From contig CAZBUJ010000017.1 of assembly GCA_964495075.1 (NCBI GenBank), positions 1,762 to 65,761 of the forward strand: a DNA stretch of 64,000 nucleotides, given 5' to 3'. This document shows positions 13,777 to 23,828 of the stretch, piece by piece. Under the pieces are notes generated by a model. The model saw only the letters and a list, made by a program, of their open reading frames with translations. It did no database searches and was not told where the DNA came from. Position 1 is the first letter of the stretch. The number at the start of each line of letters is the position of its first letter. The position numbers were made by a program, and so were the translations under genes. The stretch is from an uncultured Phycisphaeraceae bacterium. Lineage in GTDB: Bacteria; Planctomycetota; Phycisphaerae; UBA1845.

Positions 13777-16700
13777 ATGAACCGCGTACGACTGGTTACA
13801 TGTTTCACTGCAGCGATCCCGCTCTTGCCGACCCTGGCGGGCGCAAACGACGTGCGGTCGTCAACGATGTACTTCCATGGCACGCTCACCGACGATGGCT
13901 TTGGAGGAAAGACCGGTGTCCTGGCGATGGTCGACGAAGACGCCGAGGACATCGGCGACGATGAGGCGGGCTACGATGTCTTCGCGCTGAATGGTGGGGC
14001 GGCACGCTTCAGCCAGAGCAGCGACGTGGACCCGATCACGAACCACGACGGCTGGCCCGGATGGGACCCTGATACGCCCGACTGGTATCAGTACAGCCTG
14101 CGTCTCTACGTGGATGGGGGTCAACAGAAATGGGCCGTCCGCAACCACCCGGGCGCCACGGCGACTTACCCTTGGTACGACACGGCCCACTGGGGCCCGG
14201 GCGGAAAACCACCGGCCGGTGTGCCCATGTCCGGCCTCATGAACTGGACGTCGGCGTACGCCAAGGAAACCGACACCGGAGCGTATCTGCCGGGCACCGG
14301 CATACCCCTCGTGGCCGGCTGGGCGGCGGCCAACGGTGGCGGCGCCGGCGCCTGGGACATGGACTGGAGTTGGGGCAGCGAAGTCGTCCCGCTCGAGATG
14401 CCCGGGTTCCAGGTCACCGTCACCGCTACCGGTCCTCCTGATGAATACGACGTCAGGCTGACGCCGAAGGCCAATACCATTGCCTCTTCCACCATGCACT
14501 TCGAAGGCTCGCTCGCGGACGCGGGTGGCGGCGTTTACACCGGTACGATCCCCATGACCGCCGGCGCGTACTACGTGCCGGGCGGCGACGGGGCACATCT
14601 TCACACCGACGGTGGGTTCGATCTCTATGCAGAAGAGGCTGGCTGCGCCTACGTGCAAGGTTATTATGGAACCGGGGGTCATAACTGCGGCGGCACTGAT
14701 ACCTATACCATCGCCGCCGACCACGATGCCTACCCGCATTTGCAGGGCGGCGGGCCGTGGGGCTCGTGGTACGATCCGGATGTTGCCGACTGGGATCAGT
14801 ATTCGCTCGAGTTGACCGCGGCCCATTGGTATCTTCGCTACACGTCGACCCACGAATCGCCCATGTCGGGCACGATGGACTGGGATGCCATGTACGCCGC
14901 GGAGAGTGATCTGGGCACCCAGGTCGGTGGTCATGGCGGCAGCGCGCCGCACGGCGGCGGTCCGGGAGCGTGGGACTGGGACTGCGGCTGGGGCATCGAA
15001 GTGATTCCCCTCCAGTTGCCCGGCTTCCAAGTGCTGGTCTCGGCTCTCGGGGGCGGTCAGTATCACGTGACCCTGACGCCCGTGGTGACCGAGGTCTGGG
15101 TGGACGATGATTTTGATAGTTCGACTCCCGGCTGGGGCGTTACCCACTTCGACAACATCCAGGACGGCATCGACGCCGTGTCCGGCAGCACGGTCAACGT
15201 CGCGGCCGGAACGTATGGGCCGTTTGTCCTCACCTCCACTGTTACTCTGCTCGGCGCGCAGGCGGGCGTGGACGCGCGAGGCCGCGTCGTCGGCGCACCG
15301 AGTCCCGCCAGCGAGTCCATCGTCACCGCCGTGTCCGGCATACTCTGCGAGTTCCGCAATGGATCCGGCGGATCGATCATCGACGGCTTTTCTTTCGTGG
15401 GCGGTGGCAACGCGTTGCGCTCCAACGGCGGACCTCTCGATGGCGTGCAGATTCTCAATAACCACGTCGAGGGCACCAGCAGTTCCGCGGTGTTCCTGAA
15501 TGATCACGGTGATGATATCACGATCCACCAGAACGCGTTCGACGGCTCGAGCATGGGCAGTGGAGGCCTGGTCCACCTGGACACCGACACGTTCGACGGA
15601 TTCCATTTCACTTCGAACTGGGTCAAGAACGGTTCGACCGGCTTCTTCGTCGACGGCAACCGCAATGTTGGCGCGAGCGGGCTGCGATCGCCGTTGTTCC
15701 AGGGCAACCTGTTTCTGGACAACGAGACCGGTGCGAACTTCGGCAAGCGCGCCCTGGACGGCGCCGAAGTAAGCCTAAACACATTCGAAGGCAATGACTA
15801 CGATGGGCTTCAGGGCGGCCCCAAAGACACGGATATCACGCAAAACAGATTCGTCGACAACGGCCGATCCGGAGTCGCTCTTACGAGTTTTGGTGATGCC
15901 GACCCCAACAAGGGCGCGCAGAACTGCGTCATCACTCAGAACTTCTTTTCCGGCAACGTGTCGGAAGACCTGCTCTTCTCCAGCGGTCAAGCCCCCGGCA
16001 CGATCGCAACGAACTCGGCAAGCGGCAACAGCTTCGGCAGTGCCGTGGCCGTGACGTACGGCTCCGGCGATGGCACGGGAGACACCATTGACTGCAGCGG
16101 CAACTGGTGGGACAGCTACACCGGCCCGACCGTCGCCACCCACCCCGGCGGAACGGGCAGCGAAATCGCGGGAGCCAGCGGCGGCCTCGTCGACTTCACG
16201 CCGTGGCTGGATTCCGGCACCGACGTGGGCGGCGACCCGAGCGACGGATTCCAGGGTGATTTCTCCGAACTGTGGGTGGACGACGACAGCCCGCAGAGCG
16301 GCACCGTCGGCCGCGCCCAGGAGGGCATCGATCTCGTCACGGGCAGCACCGTCAACATCGCGCCGGGAACCTACCTCGAACCGGCCCAGATCGTGATCGA
16401 CAAGGATGTCACGCTCATCGGGGCGGGCAAGACCGCGACAACCCTCATGCCCGATTTCGACACCACCGGCAGTGCCTACGGCACCACGTCCAGTTTCATA
16501 CTCGTCGAATGGACCTTCGATGCGACGATCGAAGCGCTCGCGATTGATGGAACCGGCCACATCGTCCAGCAGGGCATCCAGGCACGCGGGGCGAGTCTAA
16601 CCGTCCGCGATTGCGATATTCGCAACATCCATGCCACTCCGGCCTCGTATGACGGGCGGGGCATTACCTATCTGACCGGAACCGGCCTGGTGGAAGACTG

Positions 16701-18804
16701 TACAATGTCCAACATCCGAAGGATCGGTGTGCACGTTCGAGGCGCGGTCGAGCCGGTCGCGCCGGTAGTCACCGTGCACGGCCTCACCTACGTCGGCAAA
16801 GGCGAAGGCGATTACCTGGACTACGGCGTTGAGGCGGGTGGCGGGGGGCAAGCCACGATCGAGGATTGCCACATCACCGATTGCCGCGGCGTCGCGTCGG
16901 TGGATGGTTCGACCTCAGCCGGCATTCTGGCCACGGATTTCTGGGGAACAGGTACCTGGGCCCATATCACCGGCTGCACGCTGACCCACAACTCCACCGG
17001 CATCTACGCGGGCTACCTTCCCGGCGACGGCACGATCGTGATCGCCAACAACAACGCGATCTACGCCAACCCCCTCAACACCGGGATCGTCGCCGTCACG
17101 GCCACCCCCGTGGACGCCACCAACAACTGGTGGGGCGACCCCAGCGGTCCCTACGATGAGGACAACGGCGGCGAGACCAACGACGTCTCCATTACCGGCT
17201 GCGGCGGTGATCCCACGCTTGAGTCCAACCCCGGCGGAACCGGCGACCACGTCTCCGACGACGCGAGCTACGCCGTCGACTACTGCCCGTGGTTGACCAG
17301 TTATCCCCGCGTGACGCTGGAGGCCGACGCGGAGTGCTACGAGGCATCGGAGACCGTCACCGTCGGGATCTGGATGAGGGATCTCGTCGACGAGATTCGT
17401 GGCGGCCAGTTCTTTCTGTCTTATGACAATACGGTACTGGACTTTGTCGACGCCGTGGTCGGCGACTCCCCGTTCACCGTCGAGGTCATCAACGACGTGG
17501 ACGAGGACGCCGGGACGATCGATTACGCGGTGGGTGTCACTTTTGGAGCGAGCGGGACCAGCGTTGACACCAAGATGGCGGTCCTCACATTCACCGCGTT
17601 GCAGCAGGTCTGCTTCGAGGTGGATCTGATCACCTGGCGCGCACACGACCCGCCGAGCCGACTCGCCGATGACGTCGGCGACCCGGTCTATCCGCTGTTC
17701 GTACCGCTCGATGTGGTGGACGACACGCCGCCGGTGCTCACCGGTTGCCCGACGGATATGACCGTTAATGCCGACGCGGGCAGTTGCACGGCCGTGGTGA
17801 CGTGGACCGCTCCGACGGCGATCGACGACTGCGATCCGGCGCCCGTCGTTGCCTGTAGTCCGCCGAGCGGTTCGACGTTCCCGCTGGGTACCACGCCGGT
17901 GACCTGCACGGCCACGGATTCCTGTGGAAACGTGTCGACTTGTGACTTCGATGTCACGGTGCTCGCCTACAACGAGGTCGTCGTAACCGTCGAGCTGTCG
18001 CCGACTTTGTTCGACCCGAACCCAGGCGTGGCGGACGATACACTGACGCGATGCATTACGTTTGACCTGTGGGAGTGCGGCGGTCCCAGCAGCGTTACCG
18101 TGCAAGAGGAAATCACATTCACCGTGGATGATGGCACGCCACACGTGGGTAGCGCGACGCTCACCAACGTTCCGTGCGGTATGTACACGTGCATTACCGC
18201 CCGCGACGAACTGCACACGCTGCGGCGGACGATCGATCCACTGCCGGTCGTCTCAGCGCAATACGTTGCCGACTTCGCCGCCGCCGGGAAGGATCTGATT
18301 GGCGGCAACCTGAACGACGATTACTGGATCGACATCCTCGACTTCGGCGTCTTCTCGTACAAGTGGGCTAAGAAGTACCTCGACGGCGTAGAGGTGAGCG
18401 ATCCACCGTTCAATGGCAATACGCCGTGCGGCACGCTTGCCCCGCACGCGGACATCGACGGAAGCGGAGCGGTCGAATCAGCCGACTTCACGTTCATCAG
18501 CATCAACTTCCTCCAAGGCCACGAACCCAACTGCTGCGGCGAGCCGCTCCGTGGGGATGCCGAGGGCGGCGGCGGTCCGATCACCGAAATCTCACTCGCC
18601 GAACTGAAGAAGAGGGGCCTTGGCCACCTCGAGGCGGGCGACCTGAACCACGACGGCACGCTCGACGAGCAGGACGTCGCCGCATTCCTGATGGGCGAAC
18701 GCCCCAAACCGCCCCACCCCGCGCAGATTCGCTTCGACCGCGGAGAGGAGGTCGAAACGCCCGAACTCGGCATCGCCGAGCAGCCGGGCACCCGTAAGGA
18801 GTAA
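13777..18804 (+). CDS. Large secreted multidomain protein: 2x unknown ~200-aa repeat, 2x parallel beta-helix, cohesin-like, HYR, dockerin-like
   Basis: AGGAGG RBS + signal peptide. WVDDD..IQDGID..TVNVAAGTY twice, each module ending NWWxD/G..DF/YxPWL. GGQFFLSYD..GTIDYAV (cohesin-like). DTPPVLTGCP..GSTFPLGTTPVTCTATD (HYR). GNLNDD/ADIDGSG/GDLNHDG Ca-loops. Confidence 0.8.
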   Translation: MNRVRLVTCFTAAIPLLPTLAGANDVRSSTMYFHGTLTDDGFGGKTGVLAMVDEDAEDIGDDEAGYDVFALNGGAARFSQSSDVDPITNHDGWPGWDPDTPDWYQYSLRLYVDGGQQKWAVRNHPGATATYPWYDTAHWGPGGKPPAGVPMSGLMNWTSAYAKETDTGAYLPGTGIPLVAGWAAANGGGAGAWDMDWSWGSEVVPLEMPGFQVTVTATGPPDEYDVRLTPKANTIASSTMHFEGSLADAGGGVYTGTIPMTAGAYYVPGGDGAHLHTDGGFDLYAEEAGCAYVQGYYGTGGHNCGGTDTYTIAADHDAYPHLQGGGPWGSWYDPDVADWDQYSLELTAAHWYLRYTSTHESPMSGTMDWDAMYAAESDLGTQVGGHGGSAPHGGGPGAWDWDCGWGIEVIPLQLPGFQVLVSALGGGQYHVTLTPVVTEVWVDDDFDSSTPGWGVTHFDNIQDGIDAVSGSTVNVAAGTYGPFVLTSTVTLLGAQAGVDARGRVVGAPSPASESIVTAVSGILCEFRNGSGGSIIDGFSFVGGGNALRSNGGPLDGVQILNNHVEGTSSSAVFLNDHGDDITIHQNAFDGSSMGSGGLVHLDTDTFDGFHFTSNWVKNGSTGFFVDGNRNVGASGLRSPLFQGNLFLDNETGANFGKRALDGAEVSLNTFEGNDYDGLQGGPKDTDITQNRFVDNGRSGVALTSFGDADPNKGAQNCVITQNFFSGNVSEDLLFSSGQAPGTIATNSASGNSFGSAVAVTYGSGDGTGDTIDCSGNWWDSYTGPTVATHPGGTGSEIAGASGGLVDFTPWLDSGTDVGGDPSDGFQGDFSELWVDDDSPQSGTVGRAQEGIDLVTGSTVNIAPGTYLEPAQIVIDKDVTLIGAGKTATTLMPDFDTTGSAYGTTSSFILVEWTFDATIEALAIDGTGHIVQQGIQARGASLTVRDCDIRNIHATPASYDGRGITYLTGTGLVEDCTMSNIRRIGVHVRGAVEPVAPVVTVHGLTYVGKGEGDYLDYGVEAGGGGQATIEDCHITDCRGVASVDGSTSAGILATDFWGTGTWAHITGCTLTHNSTGIYAGYLPGDGTIVIANNNAIYANPLNTGIVAVTATPVDATNNWWGDPSGPYDEDNGGETNDVSITGCGGDPTLESNPGGTGDHVSDDASYAVDYCPWLTSYPRVTLEADAECYEASETVTVGIWMRDLVDEIRGGQFFLSYDNTVLDFVDAVVGDSPFTVEVINDVDEDAGTIDYAVGVTFGASGTSVDTKMAVLTFTALQQVCFEVDLITWRAHDPPSRLADDVGDPVYPLFVPLDVVDDTPPVLTGCPTDMTVNADAGSCTAVVTWTAPTAIDDCDPAPVVACSPPSGSTFPLGTTPVTCTATDSCGNVSTCDFDVTVLAYNEVVVTVELSPTLFDPNPGVADDTLTRCITFDLWECGGPSSVTVQEEITFTVDDGTPHVGSATLTNVPCGMYTCITARDELHTLRRTIDPLPVVSAQYVADFAAAGKDLIGGNLNDDYWIDILDFGVFSYKWAKKYLDGVEVSDPPFNGNTPCGTLAPHADIDGSGAVESADFTFISINFLQGHEPNCCGEPLRGDAEGGGGPITEISLAELKKRGLGHLEAGDLNHDGTLDEQDVAAFLMGERPKPPHPAQIRFDRGEEVETPELGIAEQPGTRKE

Positions 18805-18860
18805 CGGTTTACGCCGTCGCGACGACGTGAACTTCTCAGGCTGGTTTCGTTAAAAGGGAA

Positions 18861-18896
18861 GGGCGGCGCGGGGCGAGCGCCTGTCACGCGCCGCCC
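18861..18896 (-). terminator. Intrinsic terminator candidate between convergent genes
   Basis: 10-bp stem GGGCGGCGCG/CGCGCCGCCC, followed on the minus strand by TTCCCTTTT. Confidence 0.5.
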
Positions 18897-19052
18897 GACC
18901 TGCATGCCGGTGGCACGGGCGAGAAGAGCGACGTCGGTATCCATGACCCGGCGCGACGGATGCTCCTGTGAAGAACGCCGGCCGGCCCCGCCGCGCCGGA
19001 AGCGAAAATAAAGGAGTACGACGCGGCGCGGGAATCGGTGGACGGGCACAGG

Positions 19053-21092
19053 TCACTTCAGGACCGCCTGAAGGAGCGAGAACGGCGGCGCCGTTACGCT
19101 CAACTCCGCGGAACCGGCGAGCGTCGGCGTCGAATCCGTGCGGGCAACGACGCATGGTCTCGTGGGTGAGTTGGACGCGGTCAGCGACGCGGCGCGCATG
19201 ACGGTCAACTCGCAGCTCGCGAAGCGCCTGCCGAGTTGACCGAGTGTAAAACGGAGAGGTACCTCCTCGCCGTTGTAGTTGAGCACGACCACGCACAACG
19301 CGGTGCGGGACGTATTCCAAGCTGCTTGAACGACCACGTTCTCTCGCCCTCCGCTGATCCGCAGCGCCAGCGGCCAGGCGGCGGGTGAGCGGGAGAACAG
19401 CTCGAACACGTGACCGGCCGGCGAGAGATACGCAGTGTCTTTGGGGCATTCGATGACGTTCTGCCCCCAGGTGTTGGCGAAGTTGTTGAAGTTGGAGAAC
19501 GCGAAATCGCCGCCGAGCCGCTGGAACATGAGCAACGTCTTGGCCACGTTGAGGGCGGCGTACCAGCAACGTCGCCGCGCCTTGGCCGTCGGTATCCGCG
19601 CGAGTTCGTCGCCGTCCACCGTCGGCGGTACGTCGTGCTCCGGTGCCGGCCACTCGGTGTTGCACAGTCGGATGCTCTTGCCGTGCTTCTCGTTGTAGGC
19701 GCGGATCACCTCGAGGTCACCCCGCAGCGTAGACTCGTCGATCGCCCGGTCCGCAACGTAGTCGATGTGCTTGCCGGTTACGTTCAGCAGGTCGGCAAGA
19801 GACACCCGGTACCAACCGTAGCCGATGACGGCGATCTCGATCGTCGGATCAACCGCCTTCATCGCGCGGGCGAACTGGACGCAGCGCTGCCCGTACTGGG
19901 TCGCGCTGAATCGGCGCGAGGCCTCGTTGTCCAACTCCCAGATCTTCACGCCGAACGGCTCGCCGTGGCCGTCGCGTTTTCGCAGCTTCCCGATCGGATG
20001 CGTGGCCGGCGAATTGCAGTACGCGACCCAGTCGGCGGCCTCGTCCGCGTCACTCGTGAGCACGTTCACGCAGATGAACGGCTCAGCGCCGACCAATCGG
20101 CAGAATCGGATGAACTCCAGCGTGCCGACGTCGTTGTCGTACAGCCCGCCCCAGAACGGACTCGCCATCGGCCTCCTTTCCGACCGCTCCCCGATTCCCT
20201 CCCGCCAATGGTAGAATGAAGCGAAGCAGCCGCCCGGCCAGCGGAGGATGCGCGGTTTCACCCGCTTGGACGTCTCGATGACCTCCGCCCGCCAGCCGTC
20301 GATGTTTGACGCCGGCATGAGCGAGAGATCGTCGGCCCCGAGGTTGGACTGCGGTGGGATCCAGATGCTGAACGTGGCGCGGCCTTCGTAATCCGGGTTA
20401 TCAAAAGTCCACGCCTGGCGGTCGAACGCCTTCCCGATGTTGCGAAGCGTGTGCGTCAGGATCGGCTTGGACCAGTCCCCGTCAGGGTAGAAACGAATCT
20501 CCGCATCGATCGAAAGATCGCCCGGCGCCCTGTCCCACGGGTGCCCGCCCGTCCGCAGGCGGCCCGAGAAGATGTACCGCTCACCCTTGCCCAGGTGAAC
20601 ACCGCGCTGGGCGAATCCCGCCCACTGCGTATCGCTCTCATTCTTCAGCCAACCCGCCTGCTGGCCTTGCCAGAAACTCACGTGCTCCGTCACGGACCAG
20701 TCGGCTTGGGGATTCCCCGGCACCAGTTCCCATGGCGGTTCCTCGTAGCCGCTGTGCCACCAGGGCTGCTTCTCCACCTCGGTGTCGGGCCCGCAGCCGC
20801 GCGAGCCGTAGTGAGCCTGCGTGTAGGCCGGCCGGGTCTCGAAGCTGCGGTTGAAGAACATCTCCGCCCACATCCCTTCGACCTGACGGCCGAAGCCGGA
20901 CTCGATGAAGTTCCCGCAGATCATCGGGCTGGTGGGCCGATTGACGAGCACTTTTGCCGTGATATCCACCTGCATGGCGCCCGCCGCACTTCGCGGCGTT
21001 TCTTCGGTGGACACCGCATCTCCAGCCAACCCAACGGCAGACGCGATCCCGATAACAGAAGCGGCTGCGATGCTCATCACCGTCGTTTTCAC
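19053..21092 (-). CDS. Alpha-L-arabinofuranosidase, GH51
   Basis: GNFIE, LRWPGGCF, YHWREGIG, GTLEF, WELDNE (acid/base), NTEW (nucleophile). Signal peptide; CBM-like insert. Confidence 0.82.
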   Translation of the reverse strand: MKTTVMSIAAASVIGIASAVGLAGDAVSTEETPRSAAGAMQVDITAKVLVNRPTSPMICGNFIESGFGRQVEGMWAEMFFNRSFETRPAYTQAHYGSRGCGPDTEVEKQPWWHSGYEEPPWELVPGNPQADWSVTEHVSFWQGQQAGWLKNESDTQWAGFAQRGVHLGKGERYIFSGRLRTGGHPWDRAPGDLSIDAEIRFYPDGDWSKPILTHTLRNIGKAFDRQAWTFDNPDYEGRATFSIWIPPQSNLGADDLSLMPASNIDGWRAEVIETSKRVKPRILRWPGGCFASFYHWREGIGERSERRPMASPFWGGLYDNDVGTLEFIRFCRLVGAEPFICVNVLTSDADEAADWVAYCNSPATHPIGKLRKRDGHGEPFGVKIWELDNEASRRFSATQYGQRCVQFARAMKAVDPTIEIAVIGYGWYRVSLADLLNVTGKHIDYVADRAIDESTLRGDLEVIRAYNEKHGKSIRLCNTEWPAPEHDVPPTVDGDELARIPTAKARRRCWYAALNVAKTLLMFQRLGGDFAFSNFNNFANTWGQNVIECPKDTAYLSPAGHVFELFSRSPAAWPLALRISGGRENVVVQAAWNTSRTALCVVVLNYNGEEVPLRFTLGQLGRRFASCELTVMRAASLTASNSPTRPCVVARTDSTPTLAGSAELSVTAPPFSLLQAVLK

Positions 21093-22241
21093 CTACCTCT
21101 GTCTTGCCAGAAACGCCAGCCAGTCCTCGTTCTCCATCTCATGTCGGCGCCCCGGCGTGACCCGCATGCTGACCTGATCTTCCGCGCCGAAGGCTCGGTA
21201 AATCGTACGCAGCTCCTTGAACGCCGGCTCGACTGACTCGTTGTACGACGCCGAGCCGTTGTCCGGCCCGGGCGTGTCAAGCTCGCCGTAGTGCAGCCGG
21301 ATCGGTACGGGAGCACTCAGCCCCGCGATGTCGCTCCGATCCATCCACCGGAGCACCCCCGGAATGCCGTGCGCCGGCGCGTTGTAGCATCGCGCGAAGA
21401 TCGGGGCAAACGAACCCATCGACCCGCTCGTGTAGATGCTCCGCACGCGCTTGCTGAACGCCGGGTACATGATCGCCAGGTCGCCCCCGTAGGATATGCC
21501 GACCGAATCGAACGCCTTCACGCCCTTTGCCTCGGCCAGCCAATGCTCCCAGCGTATCAGGTCCTCGATAGTCTGGCCGATCACCGTCCGCCCGTACAGG
21601 AACGCGTCCGACACCAGTGTGAACTGGCGGCCGCGCTCCGAGGTCCAGTAGTCGAGCCAATGATCCTTGTCCGACGCCGCCATGTCCCGCAACGCGCTGA
21701 AACCGCGCAATTCCGGGCACAGCACGAGGTGTCCGGCCTGGGCCGACCGCAAGGCAAACATGTGGTGATAGTCATCCGCCAGCCCCACGCAGGGCTCCGC
21801 CGCACCGTGGCCGTGGATGGCCATCACCGCGTGCCCGTCGGTTGTGCCGGAACCCGGAATCAGCAAGTAGGCCGGCAGAGACAGGTCTTCGTCAACCTGC
21901 ATCACCCACGCCTCGATCGTCACCCCGTCGTGCTCGAGGGTGCGCAGTAATCGCGCCTTCCCCGGCGCGGGCGGTGCATAGCCCAGAAGCTCGGTGAACT
22001 TCTCACGGCACGCCTTTCGCCACGCCTCAGGCTCGCCCTTGTAGTTGGCGAATGACAGCGCCCGTCGCTCCGGCTTCTGCAGGCGCCGCAGCGTGAGCTC
22101 GTTCCGTTGGATGAAGAACGCCCGATTCACGCCTCGGGCGTCGTCCTGTGCGAAGCAGGGTCGGCTCCCCGCCGCCAGTGCAGCGGCGCCGACGGCGACC
22201 GCCTGCCCGAAATCACGCCGTGTTCCTTGCCACTCATTCAT
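21093..22241 (-). CDS. Tat-exported alpha/beta hydrolase (dienelactone hydrolase / carbohydrate esterase-like)
   Basis: TRRDF Tat motif, PAYLLIP, IHGHG, GISYGG nucleophile elbow, C-terminal His (GRRHE). Confidence 0.78.
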   Translation of the reverse strand: MNEWQGTRRDFGQAVAVGAAALAAGSRPCFAQDDARGVNRAFFIQRNELTLRRLQKPERRALSFANYKGEPEAWRKACREKFTELLGYAPPAPGKARLLRTLEHDGVTIEAWVMQVDEDLSLPAYLLIPGSGTTDGHAVMAIHGHGAAEPCVGLADDYHHMFALRSAQAGHLVLCPELRGFSALRDMAASDKDHWLDYWTSERGRQFTLVSDAFLYGRTVIGQTIEDLIRWEHWLAEAKGVKAFDSVGISYGGDLAIMYPAFSKRVRSIYTSGSMGSFAPIFARCYNAPAHGIPGVLRWMDRSDIAGLSAPVPIRLHYGELDTPGPDNGSASYNESVEPAFKELRTIYRAFGAEDQVSMRVTPGRRHEMENEDWLAFLARQR

Positions 22242-22242
22242 C

Positions 22243-23814
22243 TTATCGCCCCCTCTCCAAGTCCTCGATATCGAGTTCCACGGCCGAGACGGATGCGGCC
22301 GGGAACGTCCAGTTCCCGCTCGCGGGGATCTCATGCTCCACCGGCTCCAGCACGTCGTCGCGGTGTTCGAACACCTCGAACTCCGGATCTGCTGCCAGCG
22401 TGAACACACGCCCGCTCCTGATTCTCTTGCCGGATACCTTCAGGGCGGCGTCCACGGGCCGTGTCCGCTGAGTATTGACGACGTGGAGGTAGACGGTGTT
22501 TTCGGTGACACTGGCTGTCACATCCAGATTCTGCGGGTGCTCCGCCACGTCGATGGCCTGCTCGCCGGAATGATGACGATAAAGGCACATGACCCGCGCC
22601 ACCGGCATCATGAACGATCGGCCCCCCGGTACGGGGATCATGATGGCGTTGACCTGCCACCGCGTGCCACAGAAGTCGGCCAGCGTGGCGATCTTCAGCT
22701 TGTCGCCGTGCCGCTCGTGCACGTTCGCCAGCCGCGCGTTCGCCACACCGGCGGCCCAGCTCGAGAGCACTTCGCAGCGGTTGCGCCCCCTCAGTGCGAA
22801 GTGACACTCCGTCATCGCCAGCGGCACATCGTAGCCGTCAAGCTGCTCCCGGATCCGGCGAATCCGCTCGTCGTGGCACTTCCACGCGTTCATCAGGGCC
22901 TCCCACGTGCGGTCCGGATCCTTGCGGTACTCGATGCCGCGCAGAGGAGAGTCCGGCTGATTGCGGCCCGGATCGAACATGTGGTGGAAGGCGATGTACT
23001 GCAAGTGCTCGCCCGCCATGTCCAGAACGCGCGGGCCCCACCCGCTGTCGCCCCACCCGATCAGCTCGATCGACGGATCCTCACGCCGCATCGCTTTCGC
23101 AAACTCGATCGTCTTGCGGCCGCAGGTGTCGGCATCCCACTTGGCCCCGTACGACGTCTCATTGCCGAGCTGCCACATGCGAATCCTCAGCGGGTCGTGA
23201 TGCCCGTGGCTGATCCGTTCCGCGTCGGCCGGGGCATTGCAATAGCGCACCCACGCCGCCGCCGCCGCCGCGTCCGCCGTCCGACTCTCCCCCTGCGGAC
23301 CGCGCATGAAGCACGGCTTGCCGTCCGACTCGAAATTCACGCACATCAACGGTTCGGCACGCGTCTGCCGACAGAAATCCACGAACTCCGCCGTGCCCAC
23401 CTGGTTCGTCTCCACCCCGCCCCAGCTCATGTTGTACATCGGCTTCCGCTGATCGCGTGGACCGACCCCGTCTCGCCACCGATAGTACGCGGCAAACAAC
23501 CCGCCCCAGCGCAGCAATGGCGGTGCCAGTTCTCGCGTCACCGCGATCACATCCTCACGCCAGCGTTGACCCCAGAAGTCCCACGCCGCCGCCACCGAGC
23601 CGTCCGTCGTGCCCAGCGGTTCCATGAATTGCTGATACAGGTACGGCGACAGCGCGTACTTCGGCTGTGGGTTGACCGCGAGGAGCGTTCTCGCCGCGCC
23701 GCGGGGTTCGGCCGCGCGGGCGACCCCACCGACCGCCGAGGAGGCCGCCGCCGCCGCCACTCCCGTCCCCATGACCTTCAGAAAATCCCGACGTGTGCTG
23801 TTGGGTGTATTCAT
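22243..23814 (-). CDS. Tat-exported alpha-L-arabinofuranosidase, GH51
   Basis: TRRDFLK, QFMEPLG, LRWGG, YRWRDGVGP, GTAEF, WQLGNE, AMTEC. Confidence 0.85.
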   Translation of the reverse strand: MNTPNSTRRDFLKVMGTGVAAAAASSAVGGVARAAEPRGAARTLLAVNPQPKYALSPYLYQQFMEPLGTTDGSVAAAWDFWGQRWREDVIAVTRELAPPLLRWGGLFAAYYRWRDGVGPRDQRKPMYNMSWGGVETNQVGTAEFVDFCRQTRAEPLMCVNFESDGKPCFMRGPQGESRTADAAAAAAWVRYCNAPADAERISHGHHDPLRIRMWQLGNETSYGAKWDADTCGRKTIEFAKAMRREDPSIELIGWGDSGWGPRVLDMAGEHLQYIAFHHMFDPGRNQPDSPLRGIEYRKDPDRTWEALMNAWKCHDERIRRIREQLDGYDVPLAMTECHFALRGRNRCEVLSSWAAGVANARLANVHERHGDKLKIATLADFCGTRWQVNAIMIPVPGGRSFMMPVARVMCLYRHHSGEQAIDVAEHPQNLDVTASVTENTVYLHVVNTQRTRPVDAALKVSGKRIRSGRVFTLAADPEFEVFEHRDDVLEPVEHEIPASGNWTFPAASVSAVELDIEDLERGR

Positions 23815-23828
23815 ATCGACCCCTCGTT

